Part shown: in pieces, positions 58,676 through 64,000 of the stretch
How positions within the stretch are numbered: position 1 is the first letter of the stretch
How the letters are laid out: each line of letters opens with the position of its first letter
DNA from: Mobula hypostoma
Lineage: Eukaryota
Length of the DNA: 64,000 nucleotides
NCBI RefSeq assembly: GCF_963921235.1
Contig: NC_086097.1
Coordinates: 13,950,001 to 14,014,000, forward strand
Direction: 5' to 3'
The notes under the pieces: model-generated
The model's database searches: none
The model's input: the letters and a program-made list of their open reading frames with translations, nothing else
Told to the model about the DNA's origin: nothing
Program-made: the position numbers and the translations under genes

Positions 58676-59345
58676 GCACAGGAGATTTTGCAGACGCTGG
58701 GAAATCCGGAGTAACACACACAGAGTGCTGGAGGAACTCAGCAGGTCAGGCAAAGTAAACAGTCGATGTTTCGGTCCGAGACACTTCTTCAGGACTGGAA
58801 AGTAAGGAGAAGATGTCAGAATGTTTGGGGAGGTGAAGGAGGCTAACTAGAAGGTGATAGGTGAAGACAGGTGGGTGGAAAAGGCAAAGAGCTGGAGAGG
58901 AAGGAATCTGATAGGAGAGGAGAGTGGACCATGGGAGAAAAGGAAGGAGGAGAAGCAGCAGGGGAGGTAACCGGCAGGTAAGGAGAGGCCAGAGTGGGGA
59001 ATATAAGAAGAGAAAATGGGTAGAGGAAAAGAAAAAAAGAGAAAAAAAATTACCAAGAAAATCAATACTCATGCCATCAGGTTGGAGGCTACCTAGACGA
59101 AGTGTGAGGTGTGGCTCCTCCAACGTTAGCCACATCATGATAGAAGAGGAGGTCATGGACCTACATCTCAGAACAGGAATGGGGATATGAGTTAAAATGG
59201 TTGACCACTGGGAAATTCTACTTTTGGCAGATGGAGTGAAGGTGCTCGACAAAACAGTCCCAAATTTATACTGGATGTTACCAATGTAGAGGAGGCTACA
59301 TCAGGAACTCTGGATATGACCCCTACAGATTCACAGGAAAAGTGA
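58676..59345 (-). mobile_element. PLE 3' part: GIY-YIG remnant, UTR and terminal repeat
   Basis: Minus-strand CESVGVI...CSLLYIG...LEEPHLTLRLGSLQPDGMSIDF, then the UTR and the hammerhead-bearing repeat. Confidence 0.9.
58760..58797 (-). ncRNA. Minimal type-I hammerhead ribozyme motif, core and stem I intact
   Basis: CAGUC-CUGAAGA-AGUGUCUCGGACC-GAAA-CAUC^GACUG; 5-bp stem I CAGUC/GACUG and an AUC (NUH) triplet. Confidence 0.7.
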
Positions 59346-61317
59346 AAACTAATTCCTTTGGCATCTCACATTCGTGTGTCTGTGTGCATATATGCAAACA
59401 GATTTTGCTCGATGGTAAGCAATGGTCTGTATGCAACGTCTACTCACATTAAAAGATACCATGCACAGGGATTTCCAACACCACAATAAGAACTTCAGGA
59501 CCTAGAATTCCAAGACCTTCACGGACAATTCCAGCTCAGATAGATCTGAGTGCCTCTCAATCATCAAAGCTCAAGAAACCCAGGCTCTTTGATATTTGAC
59601 ATCACTGCACTGAAGGAGATAATTTGGGTGGGAGATGGCCAGTTTAAACACAAGTCAGTGAGTATGCCTTCTTCTGGAAAGCAAACCAGAACAAGCACAC
59701 AGCAAAATGGTCATATCAAGCTACCCGTGCAAATGCATTGTCAGCCATCTGTGACCCCATCTATGGAAGCGACCACAGTTCCCGCACAGACATATCAGCA
59801 CAGACAAAACCAGAGTCAACCATAGTGTGTGTGTCTGAGTGAGTGTGTGTTTCAGCATACAATGATATTTTAGGATAAGGTTTCAAAATGCCCATTTAAT
59901 AATCAATTTTATGGACTTCAAAATTTGCCTGTAGCTCCTCAACATTGAAAATCCAATAATCATAGCCTCGGATATAAAAGTACTTTTCAAGAGTTCTTAA
60001 CAGTGAACTGAAAACACACACATACAATTGGCATCCACTAGCTATTTAAGATGACTACAAAGGAAGTGCCCTTATGTTAAATTCTCAGTCATTTTAAAAT
60101 CCCTCGATTGTCTCTCCTTTTCCTATTTCTGCTGTCTCTTTCAGCCTTACCACCCTCCTCCATTCCTCCAATTCTGATTTTGCCATAGGTTTCCATGCCT
60201 TCAGCTGCAAAACCTGGGTATGGAGGGCTCTAGTCCATGTCTGGGCTATGGGACTAGACACATTAATAGTTTGGCATGGACTAGATGGGGCAAAGGGCCT
60301 ATTTCTGTGCTGTAGTGTTCTATGACTCTATAACCACACATTCTGGAATTCCCTCTCTAAACCTCGCCAGCTTGTGACTTTTACCCTCTCGTCTAACTTT
60401 TTCCTTAAAACTTGTGCCTTTGGTTAATCTTCTGGTTGCTTGCAATATCATTTCCTTATGTGTTGTACTTGGTTTGCTAACTATTCTGTTGGATATTCGA
60501 GGAGGTAATGTCATTATTGCATAAAAAACATCAAAATTACGCTGCTCTTGTAAAGATAAGAACTCTGTCTTCAATATCGTGGAACACTAAAGCAGAACTC
60601 GTCAAAGATGGTAATGCTGAAAGCTTTAAACATGAGAGATTCTGCAGATGCTGGATGGTGGGTGTCCTGATGAAGGGTCTAGGCCTGAATACTACCCCTC
60701 AACCATCAGGCTCTTGAATAAAAGGGGATAACGACACTCACCTGCCCCATTATTGAAATGTTCCTGCAACCAACTATCTCACTTTAAAGACTCTTCATCT
60801 CACGTTTTCGTTTTTTATTGTTCTTTATTTACATTGATATTTACATGTTTGTTGTCTTCTGCACTCTGGTTGATCTTTCATTGATCCTGTTATACTTAAC
60901 TTTCTATAGATTTTCTGTGCATGCCCACAAGAAAATGAATTTCAGGGCTGTATATGGTGACATATGTATATATACTTTGATAATAAAATTTACATATAAA
61001 TTTGAACTTTGAATCTATTCCCCTCCATAGACACTGCCTGATCTGCTGAGTTCCTGCAGCATTTTGTGTCAGATGTTGCAAGCTTTAAAGTGTTGGTTAC
61101 ACTTACAAGTTCTTGCTTACCATCCACTTTCACTTGATTCACAAGGTCATTTGGTAAATCCTCTGCTGGCTGTGGTACAGAGTAATACTGATGAACAAGG
61201 TCCATGCTGGGGCTGCCAGTTTCATTAATGCACACATCTCAGGGGTGAGCAAAGCTGACTCAGGGACAAGAGTGTACCAGATGAATCGTTGGTGACATCA
61301 GGGTATTCTGTAATAAG

Positions 61318-61960
61318 ATGGCGTGTGGTCGCAAAGTGGTTAATCTACTGGACCTGCATCCAGAGGCCAGATCCATCGTTCCAAGTATGGGTTCCAATCC
61401 CACTTATGGTAAATCTGGAATGAAAATTCCAGTGCCAGTAGCAATGTCCAATAAGTTATTGTTACTGCCACTGACATGTCTAATACCAGAAGGGGGCAAT
61501 TTCAAAGGAGATGTGAGAGGCAATTTTTTTTTACACAGAAGGTGGTGGAATACACTGCCTGGGCTGGTGGTCAAAGCAGATACATTAGAGACTTCAAGAG
61601 ATGTTTAGGTAGACACATAAATGTGAGGAAAACAGAAGGAAATGTACAACGTTTGTACAAACGTACATTGTGTAGGCAGAAGAGATTAGTTTAGCTGGTC
61701 TTTTGATTACTAATTTAATTTGTTTGGCAGAGCATTGTGAGCAGACAGGCCTGTTCCTGTGCTGTAATGGTCCATGTTCTATGTTCTAAGGAACAGATTT
61801 CGAGAAAGAAAAATCTGATCCACCAACAGAACCCTGGCACCCTTATCTGGTCTGGCGCAAATGTGACTTCAGATCCGTAAATGCGGTTGAATCTCAACTG
61901 TTGCTTCCTCTATTAAGAGGATGACAACAAGTGACAGTGTTGCCTACATCCAGTGAATGG
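61318..61960 (+). mobile_element. Old tRNA-derived SINE (SacSINE1-like) split by a CR1 3' fragment at about 61475-61788
   Basis: Head AGTGGTTAATCTACTGGAC...GGTTCCAATCCCAC; body CCTTATCTGGTCTGGC..ATGTGACTTCAGA; a related head occurs at about 41935-42050. Confidence 0.55.
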
Positions 61961-61973
61961 CAAATATATTTAT

Positions 61974-62450
61974 TCAGTGGCCACGTTATTAGGTATCCCT
62001 GTACACCTGCTCGGTAGAGCAAATATTTAATCAGCCAGTCCTATGGCAGCTACTCAAAGCATAAAAGCATGTAGACATGGTCATGAGGTTCAGTAGTTGT
62101 TCAGACCAAACATCAGAATGGGGAATGATTGTGGAATGATTGCTGGTGCCAGATGGGGTAGTTTGAGTATCTGGGGTTTCTGGGATTTTCACACACACCC
62201 TTCTCTAGAGTTTAGATAGAATGGTTCAAGAAACAAAACAAATTTAGTGCGTGGCAGTTCAGTGGGTAAGAGTGTCTTGTTAATGAGAGAAATCAAAGGA
62301 GAATGGTCAGACTGGTTTGAGCTTACAGGAAGGCCATAGTAACTCAGATAATGATGCGTTACCACAGTGGTATGCAGAAGAGCATCTCTGAATCCACAGC
62401 ATGGCAGGCCTTGAAGTGAATGGGCTGCAACAGCAGAAGACCACAAACAT
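61974..62450 (+). mobile_element. Tc1/mariner non-autonomous derivative
   Basis: TIR-like CAGTGGCCACGTTATTAGGTA and a transposase N-terminus homologous to 41405-41745. Confidence 0.85.
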
Positions 62451-62677
62451 CTGAGGTGCTTTCTTCATAACTGCATCAATATGTTGGGCCCAGAACAGGT
62501 GCTGATTGTTGGGGAAAGATAAAAAAGAATGCTTTGATTATTGCAATGGGAATTGAATACAAAGGAATGGAGTTTATACTTCAGTTATATAGGACATCTA
62601 GTATAACGTTGGTCTCCTTAGTTAAGGAAGAATGGGAGCAGTTCAGAGAACGCTAACCAGACCCACACTGAATGGGC

Positions 62678-63160
62678 AATGCACAAAGTGCTGGAAGATC
62701 AGGAACCATCTGTCAAAGGAAATGGAGTCAAATCTTCACATCAAGACCCTTTATATGAGTCCAGAACCTAGACTGTCCATTTCCTCCACAGATTAATTAC
62801 TTGTTTATTTATTGGGATACAGCATGGAATAGGCCCTTCCAACCCTTGGAGCACACCATACAGCAATCCCCCAGTTTAACCCCAGTCTAATCACAGCACA
62901 ATTTACACTGACCAATTAACCTACCAACCAGTATGTCTTTGGACTGTGGGAGGAAACAGGAGCACCAAAAGGAAACCCAGATAATCACAGGAAGAAAGTA
63001 TAGACTCCTTAAAGGCAATGACAGGAATTAAACTGGTGTTGTAAAGTGATGTGCTAACCACTACGCCACCATACCACTGCAGATTATGCCTGACCTGTTG
63101 AATTTCTCCAGCCTTTTTTGTATTGCTCCAGACTCCAGCATCTGTGGTATTTTATGTCAT
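62678..63160. mobile_element. Old PLE-derived foldback split by a V-SINE (-, about 62795-63076)
   Basis: Arms GCACAAAGTGCTGGAAG...CAAGACCCTT and ...GCCTGACCTGTTGAATTTCTCCAGC...CCAGCATCTG flank the SINE. Confidence 0.65.
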
Positions 63161-64000
63161 CTGGAACAGGCAAGTTGCCTTAGGCAGAAAGGCTGTATAA
63201 GCTGGTGGTTACATCCAAAACCACTCAAGTGGCAAGAAAAGTCTTGATGAAAAGTGTTGATGGAGTGGATGCCTTCTCTTATGGGAGAACCTAGAACTAG
63301 GAATCATTGTTTAAAAATATGGGTTAGCATCAATGATGCAAAATAACTTTTCTCCCAAAGGCCAGTAGAGGCAAAACCTTTTAATGATTTTTGAAAACCA
63401 AGAACCAAGAGGTTGCCAGAGATTGACGTGAGTGTGGATTTGAGGTTATAAAACATATCATACATGATCACAGTAAATGGTGGAGCAGGCTTGAGAAGCC
63501 TCGTGGGTTAATCCTGCTAATCCATTTGTTCAGGTGTAGATTAATAGAGACATAGTACAAAGGTTCAACGGTTCAATTTAATATTAGAGAACATATACTG
63601 TATACAACCTGAAACTCTTACACTTCACAGATATCCGTCAATCTGAAGGAAATCCCCAAAGAATGAGTGACAGAAAAATAGTAAGAACCCTGCCCTCCTC
63701 CCACATGCATGCAGCATCAATTATCCCACCTCCCCTCCCCCCACTCATTCTAGCATAAAGCATCAACTTTCTTACCACCCACCATGCCAGCAACAGCAAA
63801 GACTCCAAAGGGAGACTATGGTCCATAGTACATCAAAATGTAACTGTTCCTTCCATTTCGGCATCCCCAGGCTCTATCTCTCAGTACAGCACAGATGCAG
63901 GCTCTTCAGTCAATGCCAAATCATTTAAGCTGCCTACTCCCATTGACCTGCCCCTGGACCATATCCCTCCATACCACAACCATCCATGTACCCATCCAAA

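Noticed and set aside
1..64000. CRISPR array, retron, operon or other prokaryotic/viral system
   Set aside because: There are no regularly spaced direct repeats with unique spacers and no dense gene organisation; all RT and endonuclease motifs belong to vertebrate retrotransposons.

Overview
This is eukaryotic, repeat-saturated non-coding DNA (intronic or intergenic) from a vertebrate. The repeat complement points to a cartilaginous fish, most likely a ray; that assignment is an inference. I found no confidently identifiable host gene, rRNA/tRNA gene or CRISPR array. Nearly every meaningful ORF in the track is a decayed retrotransposon fragment. Elements present: many Rex1/Babar-type and CR1/HER1-type LINE pieces; single L1/Tx1, RTE, L2-like, Ty3/Gypsy and Harbinger relics; Tc1 and hAT DNA-transposon derivatives; tRNA-derived V-SINEs; and two Penelope-like element (PLE) families with GIY-YIG endonuclease remnants. 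The most notable structure is a PLE terminal repeat present in about 20 copies. Its consensus folds as a minimal type-I hammerhead ribozyme (CAGUC-CUGAUGA-A-GGGU-CUCG-GCCC-GAAA-CGUC^GACUG). At least 7 copies occur as protein-free 180-235 bp foldbacks, with two inverted arms meeting at the ribozyme, and four of these are flanked by 10-17 bp target-site duplications (TSDs). Boundaries of decayed repeats are approximate and family names come from motif recognition, not database searches.
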